A DNA stretch of 64,000 nucleotides from Candidatus Kuenenia stuttgartensis. GTDB taxonomy: Bacteria > Planctomycetota > Planctomycetia > Pirellulales > UBA1268. Shown here piece after piece: positions 21,062 to 29,776 of this stretch. The stretch lies in assembly GCA_945865325.1 (NCBI GenBank), contig CAMBFA010000003.1, positions 2,956 through 66,955 of the forward strand. Direction: 5' to 3'. The number at the start of each line of letters is the position of its first letter. Position 1 is the first letter of the stretch. The translations under genes were made by a program, and so were the position numbers. The notes beneath the pieces were generated by a model. That model searched no databases. It was not told the origin of the DNA and saw only the letters and a program-made list of their open reading frames with translations.

Positions 21062-22224
21062 GGCGACACGATCTCCACGGACGTCCCAGCGGCGGCATCA
21101 CGACCGAAAGCCCGAGCCAATCTCTCGAGGCAAGCCTCCCAGGTGAACCCGGCGGCGCGCTGCCGCCCCCGTTGAACCCAGGAACGACGCAGCACCGGAT
21201 CGGCACGCAGCGTCGCCACCGCCTCCACCACCTCGTCCGGCCGGTTCTCATCGACATACCATGCCCCGTCACCGGCCGTCTCCGGCACCGCCGTCAGCCG
21301 ACAGGCCAGCACCGGCAAGGCCGCGGCCATCGCCTCGAGGGCAACGATCCCGAATGATTCGACGTTGGGGAGATAGAGGAGCGCCAGATACTGGGGCATC
21401 ATCGCGGCGAGTTCCGCGGGGGGACGAAAACCGAGATGTCGGATGGTGGGACGGCGCTGACACGCCGCGAGGCTGCGAGGATCGTCCATTGTACCGACAA
21501 CGTCGATCTCCAGCCCAGGAATCCGTTCCGCCAGGGCATCGGCACTGGCAAGAACGCGATCGGCGCCGTCCCAGCCGTTGAGCCCGCCGACGACGAGCAC
21601 CCGGTTCGGATCATAACGCACACCGGGCCCCGCTGCGATCGCCGCGTCACCGGCGCTGAAAAACGCCTTGTCGACGCCATTCCCCACGACCATCGACCGT
21701 TCCGGGCGAAGACCGAAGGAGTCGATGAGGAAGCGCTCGAGATAGTGTGACACGGGGAGCACGAGGTCGGCACAACGGCAGATCCGCCGAAAAAACCAGG
21801 CCATTCTCGCCCGCTCGAAGCGGGCCGTGGCGGAGTGATAGCCGGGGAAGCTCGGCTCGAAGTACGTGCTACCGTGGACCGTGACGGCGGTCCGCGCATG
21901 CCGAGCGGGCGCCCACAGCTCCTGCGGCGACCAGACCCAGTCGACGCCCGGGCAGAAGCGGTCGATCGGCGGGACGTCGCTGACGGCCCACAGCAGCCTC
22001 CCGAACCGGTTTGAGAAGGGGATCGGATCGACCGGAAGCCCATGGAGGCTGCTCGCCTGCGGTAGATCCCCACCGACGAGTTGGTTCCGTGGCGCTACGA
22101 CGGAAACATCGAATCTGGGGCACGTTGCCAATCCCCGCACCATCCGCGCGATGTGCTTGTCGACCCCGGTAGGCAGCCGGGTCGTGTAGCGGACATCGAC
22201 ATGGGCGGCGACGCGGAGTGTCAA
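21058..22224 (-). CDS. Glycosyltransferase family 4 (MtfB-like)
   Basis: TGVDKH, VTVHG, NGVD, ESFGIVALEAMAA, FTWE. Confidence 0.9.
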   Translation of the reverse strand: MTLRVAAHVDVRYTTRLPTGVDKHIARMVRGLATCPRFDVSVVAPRNQLVGGDLPQASSLHGLPVDPIPFSNRFGRLLWAVSDVPPIDRFCPGVDWVWSPQELWAPARHARTAVTVHGSTYFEPSFPGYHSATARFERARMAWFFRRICRCADLVLPVSHYLERFLIDSFGLRPERSMVVGNGVDKAFFSAGDAAIAAGPGVRYDPNRVLVVGGLNGWDGADRVLASADALAERIPGLEIDVVGTMDDPRSLAACQRRPTIRHLGFRPPAELAAMMPQYLALLYLPNVESFGIVALEAMAAALPVLACRLTAVPETAGDGAWYVDENRPDEVVEAVATLRADPVLRRSWVQRGRQRAAGFTWEACLERLARAFGRDAAAGTSVEIVSP

Positions 22225-22242
22225 CTGGCGACTCCCGGCCTG

Positions 22243-22935
22243 TCAGGAAAGGAGCGGCCCGTGCCGTCCCGGCACACCGTAGACGAGCGTGTCGGCGGGA
22301 ACGTCGGCCAACGCGCACGAGTTGGCGCTGACCTTGCTCCGATCGCCGACCTGCCGCCCGGGGCCGACCGAGGCGTGAAGACCGAGGAACACGTCCGCAC
22401 CGACCCGGGCGAACCCGGCGAGTGTGGCATACGGGGCGAGCACGCCGTAATCGCCGACCGCCGCATCATGCGCCACCGAAGCGTGGTAATTGAGGAGCAC
22501 ACACCGACCGAGCACGGCTTCAGCGCTGACGATGCCATGCGGGCAGACGATCGCCCCCTCCCCGATGACCGCCGAGGGCGCGACGACGGCCGTGGGGTGG
22601 ACGAGCGTCAGGAACCGGCCCCCGAGCGCGGCGAGCGTCTCGGCCAATCGCCTCCGAACCCCGGGGATGCCGATCCCCAGCAGGAGGCCGTCGCCGGGCA
22701 TCGGCTGGTAGGAGGCCGGATCGCCGACGACCGGGCCGTGGGCTCCACCGCGCGACGCATCCGCATCGAGAAAACCGGTGAACACAGCCCCTTCCCCCGG
22801 CCAGGCATCGCGGATCCAGCAGCGGACCTCGCGTCCGAAGCCACCCGCCCCGACGATCAGGATCCGGTGGCACTCCGGCCAGAGGGGGAAACGTCGATTC
22901 GGCACCGGCAGACTCCCGGGAGCGGATCCGGACAA
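22243..22935 (-). CDS. PglD/NeuD-type sugar N/O-acyltransferase (hexapeptide repeat)
   Basis: IVGAGGFGREV, LVHPTAVV, VAHDA left-handed beta-helix, YGVPGR. Start uncertain. Confidence 0.88.
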   Translation of the reverse strand: MSGSAPGSLPVPNRRFPLWPECHRILIVGAGGFGREVRCWIRDAWPGEGAVFTGFLDADASRGGAHGPVVGDPASYQPMPGDGLLLGIGIPGVRRRLAETLAALGGRFLTLVHPTAVVAPSAVIGEGAIVCPHGIVSAEAVLGRCVLLNYHASVAHDAAVGDYGVLAPYATLAGFARVGADVFLGLHASVGPGRQVGDRSKVSANSCALADVPADTLVYGVPGRHGPLLS

Positions 22936-22988
22936 ACCGGGAAAGGGGAGAACTCGACTCTTATCCTACCCCACCGCGGCGCATCGGC

Positions 22989-23813
22989 TCACGCCGCGCC
23001 GCCGCCATCGATCGTGAGCGTCTGGCCGGTGACGAACGCCGCACCAGGACCGGTGAGGAAGTCGATTGCCCCGACGATGTCGGCCGTGTCGCCGAGCCGT
23101 CCCAGAGGTGTCCTGCGGACGATGCGCTCCCGGTCGCTGGGCGAGAGCGTCGCCGACAGGTCGGTGGCGAGGAAGCCGGGAGCAACGGCGTTGACGCGGA
23201 TGCCCCGCGGCCCCACTTCCCTGGCGAGGCAACGGGCAAACCCCTCCAAACCGGCCTTCGTCGCGGCATACACGGCCAATCCCGGGCTGCCCCGGGCCGC
23301 GACCACGCTCGACACCATGACGACCGATCCCGCCCCGGCATCGGGAAGGGAACGCGGCTGGGCGAGGAACTGCCTGACACACTCGCGCACCAGAACGATC
23401 GCCCCACGGAGATTCACCGTCAGCATGGCGTCGATGTCGGCATCGGCCATCGTGGCGAGGATTCCTTCCGCCGCCACCGCCGCATTGGCGACACAATGAT
23501 CGACCCGGCCGAATCGGTCGACGGTGTTCCCCACGAACCGGCGCACGGCGTCTGAGTCAGCCGCATCGAGTTGCTCGTGGTGCACCCGGCCGGAATGCTT
23601 CGCTGCCAATGCCACCAGGGCCGCCGAACCGGAGCGCGAGAAGGTCGCCACCCGGTCACCGCGCTGGAGCAGCCGCTGGGCCACGGCCAACCCCAGCCCA
23701 CGGGATCCTCCCGACACGATCGTCGTGACCTCACCAACCGCAGTGGAGGGCGTGTCAGATTTGACCGTGGCTTGATCCCGGTTGCTGACCGGCCCCGATC
23801 GGGGCCCGTTCAT
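22989..23813 (-). CDS. SDR family oxidoreductase, FabG-like 3-oxoacyl-ACP reductase
   Basis: SGGSRGLG, NAAV, YAATK, VNAVAPGF, GQTLTIDGG. ATG 23813 overlaps the upstream stop. Confidence 0.88.
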   Translation of the reverse strand: MNGPRSGPVSNRDQATVKSDTPSTAVGEVTTIVSGGSRGLGLAVAQRLLQRGDRVATFSRSGSAALVALAAKHSGRVHHEQLDAADSDAVRRFVGNTVDRFGRVDHCVANAAVAAEGILATMADADIDAMLTVNLRGAIVLVRECVRQFLAQPRSLPDAGAGSVVMVSSVVAARGSPGLAVYAATKAGLEGFARCLAREVGPRGIRVNAVAPGFLATDLSATLSPSDRERIVRRTPLGRLGDTADIVGAIDFLTGPGAAFVTGQTLTIDGGGAA

Positions 23814-25258
23814 CGGCCAACCGGCCTTCGCGGCACCTTGCCCGATGGGTTCGTGAACAGCTTCCGGGTGAAGTCGAGCACACGAGGCACGCTGTGGGCC
23901 TCGAGGGCCGAACGGCACGCCGCCAGCGCCGCGGCCCGGAGATTCTCCGGCGTGACACCCTCGGGGAGGGGATCGACGGCGACGATCTGCGCGGCGACGA
24001 TCTCCCCAGTGATCGCACTGGGGAGGCCGTAGGCCCGCGCGTCAGCGACACCGGGCACGGCGCGGAGAACGTCCTCGACCCTGCGGGGAAAGACCTTGGC
24101 CCCGCCGACGAAGATCGTGTCGCTGCGTCGGCCGGAAAATTCGTACCGCTCGCCACGGCGCTCGACGAGATCGCCGGTCGCCACCTCGGCCGTGTCGCGC
24201 GAGAGCTGGACGAGGAGCTCGCCATCGCGGCGGGTCGACAATTTTGCCCCGCCCGGCAGGGCCCGGCCGAGCCACTCGGCAGGAAAGCCGGGCAAACCGT
24301 CACTCACGCGGAACACCTCGCCCAGCTCGGTGGTGGCGTAGACATGCGTCACCCGCGCCGTCGGGAAGAGGGCCCGGGCCTGCTCGAGCAGCTGGCCGTC
24401 GGCGGCCTCACCACCGAGGGTGATCCGATCGAGCCTCATCCTGCCGACGGCATCAGAATCGGCGGAGGCGATCACGCGACGCAGGAGCGTCGGCGTGGCG
24501 GGGAGGATCGAGACATCCTCGTCGGCGGCTGCCCGGGCGACGCAGTCGGGATCGCGTGAGGCCGGCACGATCAGACGTCCACCGGTGAGGATCGCCTGCA
24601 GCCAGACCTGGGTCCCGGCCCAGCGGGTGGCGTCGTAGACAAGCATCCAGCCGCGCCCATGCCACTGCTCCGCGAGGCGGGCGGCGGCGAGGAGCGAGTC
24701 CCACGAGTGCTCGACGAGCTTCGGCGGGCCGCTCGTCCCCGAGGTCGCCACGACGACCTGTGGCGAGGAGGAGTCGTATTCGCGGCGTGAGCGTCCCTGG
24801 GCGGGTGACGAGGGGACGGCCAGATCGTCCCCGCAGACACTCCAATCGCGGAGCTCGCCGACGAGATCCCGCGAATCCTCGGCCACCAAGGCAAGCGGGA
24901 CACGCTGCCTTCCGCAGGCCGCGACGATGGCAACCAGCGCAGCGATCTCGCCCGAGCGCGCGATCACGCCGATGGGATGGGCCTCCGCGAGACGGCGTTC
25001 TATGGCGGCGACGTCGCTGGCGAGCGTGCCGTACGACACCGCTCGCCGCCGGTCTGCCCCGAGCCCCGCAGCCGTGACGACGGCCACGCGGTCGGGGTCG
25101 GCGGCAGCGACCGACTCGATGGCGGCAGCCAGTCGTGCCGGCGCGGCAACGTCGGCGACGTCAGGAGCCTGGGCTTGGGCAGAGCGTGGCGGGGAGGCGG
25201 AGGATGGCATGATCGTGGCTGGGGTTCGGGGTGGACGAAGGCACGACGGTCGGGACAT
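23810..25258 (-). CDS. AMP-binding (ANL family) acyl-adenylate ligase
   Basis: TSGTSGPPK P-loop, GGEA, YATTE, TGD, GRRSD, C-terminal SGKVPR lysine. Confidence 0.88.
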   Translation of the reverse strand: MSRPSCLRPPRTPATIMPSSASPPRSAQAQAPDVADVAAPARLAAAIESVAAADPDRVAVVTAAGLGADRRRAVSYGTLASDVAAIERRLAEAHPIGVIARSGEIAALVAIVAACGRQRVPLALVAEDSRDLVGELRDWSVCGDDLAVPSSPAQGRSRREYDSSSPQVVVATSGTSGPPKLVEHSWDSLLAAARLAEQWHGRGWMLVYDATRWAGTQVWLQAILTGGRLIVPASRDPDCVARAAADEDVSILPATPTLLRRVIASADSDAVGRMRLDRITLGGEAADGQLLEQARALFPTARVTHVYATTELGEVFRVSDGLPGFPAEWLGRALPGGAKLSTRRDGELLVQLSRDTAEVATGDLVERRGERYEFSGRRSDTIFVGGAKVFPRRVEDVLRAVPGVADARAYGLPSAITGEIVAAQIVAVDPLPEGVTPENLRAAALAACRSALEAHSVPRVLDFTRKLFTNPSGKVPRRPVGR

Positions 25259-25269
25259 GGAGATCGAGG

Positions 25270-25560
25270 CTAGGAACGGGCCGCGAGGGTGGCCGCATAG
25301 AGCGCGACGAGGTGGTCGAAAGTGCGAATCGGCGGGCGGGGGGCAGAGCCTCTCGCATCGCGGAAGGGATCGACGCCGAGCGAACGCTCCAGGAGCACGA
25401 TGATCTGCGCCAGATCGAGCGAATCGAGTCCGAGGTCGCTGCCGAGGAGGGCTGAGCCGGGCGTCTCGCGCGGCGGGCGGGCGGTATCTCGGTAGACCGC
25501 CAGGATCGCCTCGCGCACCTCGGCGGCGATGTCGCGCGTGGCGCCGTCGATGGACGTCAT
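25270..25560 (-). CDS. Acyl carrier protein
   Basis: LGLDSLDLA phosphopantetheine-attachment motif, ~96 aa. ATGA overlap with the upstream gene. Confidence 0.88.
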   Translation of the reverse strand: MTSIDGATRDIAAEVREAILAVYRDTARPPRETPGSALLGSDLGLDSLDLAQIIVLLERSLGVDPFRDARGSAPRPPIRTFDHLVALYAATLAARS

Positions 25561-26234
25561 GCTTCGAACTCCTTCATGGTCACCGACCCCGCCCCCGAGA
25601 TCCCCCGTCCGGTCAGCCCCTGCCAGGCCACGACTCCGCCAGTGGCAACGAAGATGCCGATATCTACCACCGGAGCGTACCAGCGGGAGAGGATCTCGAC
25701 GTATCGGACGTCCAACTCGAGCCGGGCCGGCCAATCAAGGCCATTCCGGCCCCGAACCTGGGCCAGCCCCGTCAATCCCGGACGAACCTCGAGACGGCGG
25801 CGTTGCCTGGAATTGTACCTGCCGACGTAGCGCAGCGGGAGCGGTCGCGGGCCGATCAGGCTCATGTCGCCGGTCAGGACACTCACCAACTGGGGCAGCT
25901 CATCGAGGCTCGTTCGCCGGAGAAAGCGGCCGAATGCCCCCAACCTTTCCCCGTCGGCGAGCAGTTGACCGTCCCGGCCGACCGCCTCGGACATCGAACG
26001 GAACTTCCCGATCACGATCGGCACTCCACCCCGTCCGGCCCGCCTGTCAGAGTAGAAAGCCGGGTATCCGAGGACCGCCACGACCGCCGCCCATGTCCCC
26101 AACAACACCGGCAACAGCAGCGCCAGGAGCGCGGCGGCGACGACCGTGTCGATGCCCCGCTTGACGAAGCGCGCATAGAACCCCCTGGGCCCGACAGGCC
26201 ACTCACCGACGGTCGCCGGCGAAGAGTTGAACAA
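25557..26234 (-). CDS. PglC/EpsL-type monotopic phosphoglycosyl transferase
   Basis: KRGIDT, KFRSM, LRRTSLDELPQL, GDMSLIGPRP, RPGLTGLAQV. Confidence 0.92.
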   Translation of the reverse strand: MFNSSPATVGEWPVGPRGFYARFVKRGIDTVVAAALLALLLPVLLGTWAAVVAVLGYPAFYSDRRAGRGGVPIVIGKFRSMSEAVGRDGQLLADGERLGAFGRFLRRTSLDELPQLVSVLTGDMSLIGPRPLPLRYVGRYNSRQRRRLEVRPGLTGLAQVRGRNGLDWPARLELDVRYVEILSRWYAPVVDIGIFVATGGVVAWQGLTGRGISGAGSVTMKEFEA

Positions 26235-26307
26235 CGCTCCGTTCCTCCCTGATCCGTTGGTGATGGTCCGATTCTCTGGGGGCCGATGGCCCCGAGACCC
26301 CGGGCTG

Positions 26308-27513
26308 TCAGTCGCGCCGTTGGCAGGCGGCGATCATCCCGCAGACCTCGCCGATCACCGCCGCATCGACATGCGGGCCGATGGGGAGGGACAGACTCCG
26401 CGCCGAGAGACTGTCGGTGACGGGCAAGTCGGCCCGCCCGTCGTGGAACCGCCGGAACGCCACCTGACGGTGACAAGGGGGATCGTAATACGTCCGCGTC
26501 TCGATGCCGCGACCGGCCAGCGCCCTGCGGAGGTCGTCCCGCGTGGCACCGAACCGATCGGGATTGACGGTGATGGAGAAATCCTTGTGGCTCGAGACGT
26601 CGCCGGGACCGACAACAACCAATCCGATGCCGGCGATTCCATCGAGCGCCGCCGTATAGGCCGCGGCGACCATCCGCCTGTGGGCCGCCACCTCGTCCAG
26701 CCGGTCGAGCCCCAACCACGCCGTCGCGGCACACATCTCGGGCATGCGACCGTTGCAGCCCGAAAACTGGGCGTCGTAGGAGCCGTCGTTGCCGTATTCG
26801 CGCCCCACCCGGATCAGCGTGGCCAGACAATCGCAGTCGGTGGCCACGATCCCACCTTCACCGGCGACGAGGAGTTTGGTCGGGGAGAGGCTGAAGACCT
26901 GCGCGGTTGCCCCTCCACCGAGGGGACTCCCCGCCTGAAACGCTCCGAACCCATGGGCGGCGTCGATGACTAGCGGCAAGCCGTGTTTTGCGGCCACCTG
27001 ACGGAGCCCGGCAACGTCACAGGGATTGCCGAAATTGTGGCAGGCCGAGAGTGCTACGGTTCGTGGCGTGATCGCCGCCGCCACCGCCTCCGGCCGGGCG
27101 TTGGTCGACGCCGGATCGACATCGACAAACACCGGGCGGAGGCCGTTCCAAACAACCGCCGCCGGCGCTGCCAGGAAGGTGAAGCTCGGCATCACGACCT
27201 CGCCGCCGGCTCCGCCGCCACCCGACAGTACCGTCGCTGTGGCGCAGTCGACCGCGGCCGCGGCCCGGCACCCCGTCAGCTTGAGCTCCGCCAGCGCCCG
27301 GTAGACGAGCATCAGGCCGGTGGTGCAACTACTGACGCCGATGGCATGCCTGACGCCGAGATGCGTTGCCGCAGCGGCCTCGAGACGCTCGAGGTACGGG
27401 CCCTTCGTCAACCGGCCCGACCGCCAGATCGCCTCGAGATGCGGCCGGATCTCCTCCGCCGCTGGAAGGGCCGGACGCACGAACGGGACTCGAACCGGAC
27501 CTTCAGCCGCCAC
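26308..27513 (-). CDS. DegT/DnrJ/EryC1/StrS PLP-dependent nucleotide-sugar aminotransferase
   Basis: SSCTTGL, PSFTF, DAAHGFG, FSLSPTK (PLP lysine), GEGG. Start set at GTG 27513 (ORF open to 27633). Confidence 0.92.
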   Translation of the reverse strand: MAAEGPVRVPFVRPALPAAEEIRPHLEAIWRSGRLTKGPYLERLEAAAATHLGVRHAIGVSSCTTGLMLVYRALAELKLTGCRAAAAVDCATATVLSGGGGAGGEVVMPSFTFLAAPAAVVWNGLRPVFVDVDPASTNARPEAVAAAITPRTVALSACHNFGNPCDVAGLRQVAAKHGLPLVIDAAHGFGAFQAGSPLGGGATAQVFSLSPTKLLVAGEGGIVATDCDCLATLIRVGREYGNDGSYDAQFSGCNGRMPEMCAATAWLGLDRLDEVAAHRRMVAAAYTAALDGIAGIGLVVVGPGDVSSHKDFSITVNPDRFGATRDDLRRALAGRGIETRTYYDPPCHRQVAFRRFHDGRADLPVTDSLSARSLSLPIGPHVDAAVIGEVCGMIAACQRRD

Positions 27514-29542
27514 GGGCAGGCCTTTCTGTGATGTCTCCGGAGAGTCGGTCGCCGGGAACTGCCCCGCCGGTGCCCCGGGGCCGGGGCGGCATCGCTGGCC
27601 TGTATTCGGGGACGATCCGCTGAAGGGATTCACGGATCACGTCCGGGGGTTCGCCGGGGAGCGCGTGGAGCCGGTCGAATTGGTCTTCAATCTCCTCTAG
27701 GACCGCCTTCGGCCCGAAGACATAGCATACCTTGGGATGTAATGTCTGCACCCTCTGCTCCTCCGCGGAGATCAGCTCCTCGGCGAGCTTCTCCCCCGGC
27801 TGGAGTCCGGTGAACTCGATTCCGATCTCCTCCTCGTCGCAGCCGGAAAGGGAGATCATGTCGCGGGCGAGGTCGACGATCTTCACCGCGGGCCCCATGT
27901 CGAGAAGGAAGATCTCCCCCCCCTTCCCGATTGCGGTGGCCTGGATCACGAGTTGCGCGGCCTCGGGGATCGTCATGAAGAACCGCTCGACGTCGGGATC
28001 GGTGACGGTGACCGGGCCGCCCCGGAGGATCTGCTCTTGGAACTTCGGCACCACGCTGCCGTTGCTCCCGAGGACGTTGCCGAAACGGACGACGACGAAC
28101 GTCGTCCGCGCCGTGGCCGCGAACGCCTGGACATACCGCTCGGCGAGGAGTTTCGAGCATCCCATCACGCTCGACGGCTTCACCGCCTTGTCGGTGGAGA
28201 TGGCAACGAAACGCCCGACGGCGTACTCCTCGGCCAGACGCACGAGCAACCGGGTGCCGAAACAGTTGTTCGTGATCGCTTCCCCGGGGTTCTGTTCGAG
28301 CATCGCGACATGCTTGTGGGCCGCCGCGTGGAACACCACTTCGGGGCGCTCGGTGTCGAACACATTCCTGATCCGCGATTCGTCGAGGATGTCGGCAAGA
28401 ACGAACGCCATCGGCACCCCCGTCCGCAGCGATACCAGGCCGTTCTCCGCGTCGAACAGGGCGTTCTCGGCACGCTCGACGACGACGAGCCGGCGCGGAC
28501 GGTAACGGAGCACCTGTCGGCAGATCTCCGACCCGATCGACCCCCCCCCTCCGGTGACGAGGACCACGCGATCGCGGACGATACCCTCGATCGCCGAATC
28601 GTCGAGAACGACCGGTTCCCGGCGGAGGAGATCGCGGATCTCGACCGGCCGGAGCACGTTCGGGGAGGCGACGACCCCTCCCGAGGCGAGCAGTTCGCCC
28701 ATCGATGGGATCACCTTCACGTTCACACCGAACTCGGCGGCATCGCTCAGAAGCCGGCGGAACGCCGACCTCGGGAGCTCCCCGGCCGTGACGAGGATTT
28801 CGTCGACCGGGCGCTGCCGCAACACCTTTCTCGCGTCATCGACGCGGCCGAGCACGCGGAGCCCGGCGATCCTCGAACCGCCGAGAAGGATGTTGTCGTC
28901 AAGAAAGCCGACGACGATGTACGACGGCGCGTGGTGTGCCGCGAGATTCCGCGCGAGGATCTCGCCGGTCTCCGTGGCGCCGACGATCAGAGCCGAACGG
29001 ACGTCGCCGCTGGTGATCCATGGTCTGAACACCTCCCGGATCGTCCGCGGCAGCGCACGGAGGCCGCCGATGAGAAGCATGGTCGCCGCCCAATCGATCA
29101 CCATCACGCTCCGGGAGAGCCTCTGCCCAAGTCCAGGGAGCACTCCGACGGCCTCCCGGACGACGTCGACCGCGACCAGCGTCAGGGTGGCCAGGGTCGT
29201 GGTGAAGGCGAGCCGGCCGAGATCGGCGAACGACAGCCTGCCGAACCGCCAGCGGAATTGATCGTGGAGGAGGAACACGATCGTCTTCACGACGACGACC
29301 CAGACAACCGTGGCACGAAACATCGCCACCATCGGGGCATCGGGCTGGAAGTCCCAACGGGTCAGCAAGGAGGCGAACCAGGCAGCGAGAAACAGCCCGA
29401 TGTGGACCAGCAGCATCGACACCGTTCCCCCGCGGAGACCGACAATGCCCGATCGCAGCCCCCCGCCACGGGGACGGAGGGGGGCAGGGGGGCGGGGATG
29501 GGCGGAGGCGGACGTCATGGGAAGCCAGGGAGGCTGCGGCAT
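27503..29542 (-). CDS. CapD/PglF/WbpM-like membrane-bound UDP-GlcNAc 4,6-dehydratase
   Basis: 4 N-terminal TMs, VTGGGGSIGSE, HAAAHKHV, STDKAV, MGCSK, VRFGNVLGSNGSV. Confidence 0.93.
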   Translation of the reverse strand: MPQPPWLPMTSASAHPRPPAPLRPRGGGLRSGIVGLRGGTVSMLLVHIGLFLAAWFASLLTRWDFQPDAPMVAMFRATVVWVVVVKTIVFLLHDQFRWRFGRLSFADLGRLAFTTTLATLTLVAVDVVREAVGVLPGLGQRLSRSVMVIDWAATMLLIGGLRALPRTIREVFRPWITSGDVRSALIVGATETGEILARNLAAHHAPSYIVVGFLDDNILLGGSRIAGLRVLGRVDDARKVLRQRPVDEILVTAGELPRSAFRRLLSDAAEFGVNVKVIPSMGELLASGGVVASPNVLRPVEIRDLLRREPVVLDDSAIEGIVRDRVVLVTGGGGSIGSEICRQVLRYRPRRLVVVERAENALFDAENGLVSLRTGVPMAFVLADILDESRIRNVFDTERPEVVFHAAAHKHVAMLEQNPGEAITNNCFGTRLLVRLAEEYAVGRFVAISTDKAVKPSSVMGCSKLLAERYVQAFAATARTTFVVVRFGNVLGSNGSVVPKFQEQILRGGPVTVTDPDVERFFMTIPEAAQLVIQATAIGKGGEIFLLDMGPAVKIVDLARDMISLSGCDEEEIGIEFTGLQPGEKLAEELISAEEQRVQTLHPKVCYVFGPKAVLEEIEDQFDRLHALPGEPPDVIRESLQRIVPEYRPAMPPRPRGTGGAVPGDRLSGDITERPARGG

Positions 29543-29572
29543 CCGGCGGGGCGATCCCTGCCATGGCTACAA

Positions 29573-29601
29573 AAGGTAGGGGGAGTTCCGCCGGGACACA
29601 A
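29573..29601 (-). promoter_or_regulatory. Putative sigma70-type promoter of the glycan operon
   Basis: Minus strand TTGTGT-N17-TACCTT upstream of the CapD-like gene. Confidence 0.45.
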
Positions 29602-29706
29602 TGAATGGGATGGCAGGAGCGGAAGGGGAGGCCTACGGCCGTCTTCCCGGCAAGGACACCGGCCCCGCCACCCCCCGGCATGAGGCGGAAAAACCGGCAG
29701 AATCGG

Positions 29707-29735
29707 CAAAGTCTGCCATGCCATGGTGCCGATAC
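29707..29735 (+). promoter_or_regulatory. Putative alternative-sigma (sigma28-like) promoter CAAAGT-N15-GCCGATAC
   Basis: The same motif with the same spacing recurs at 40429-40457. Confidence 0.5.
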
Positions 29736-29776
29736 ATCCGATAGCGCCGATTTTAACGGCCGGCAAGGAGTGAGGC

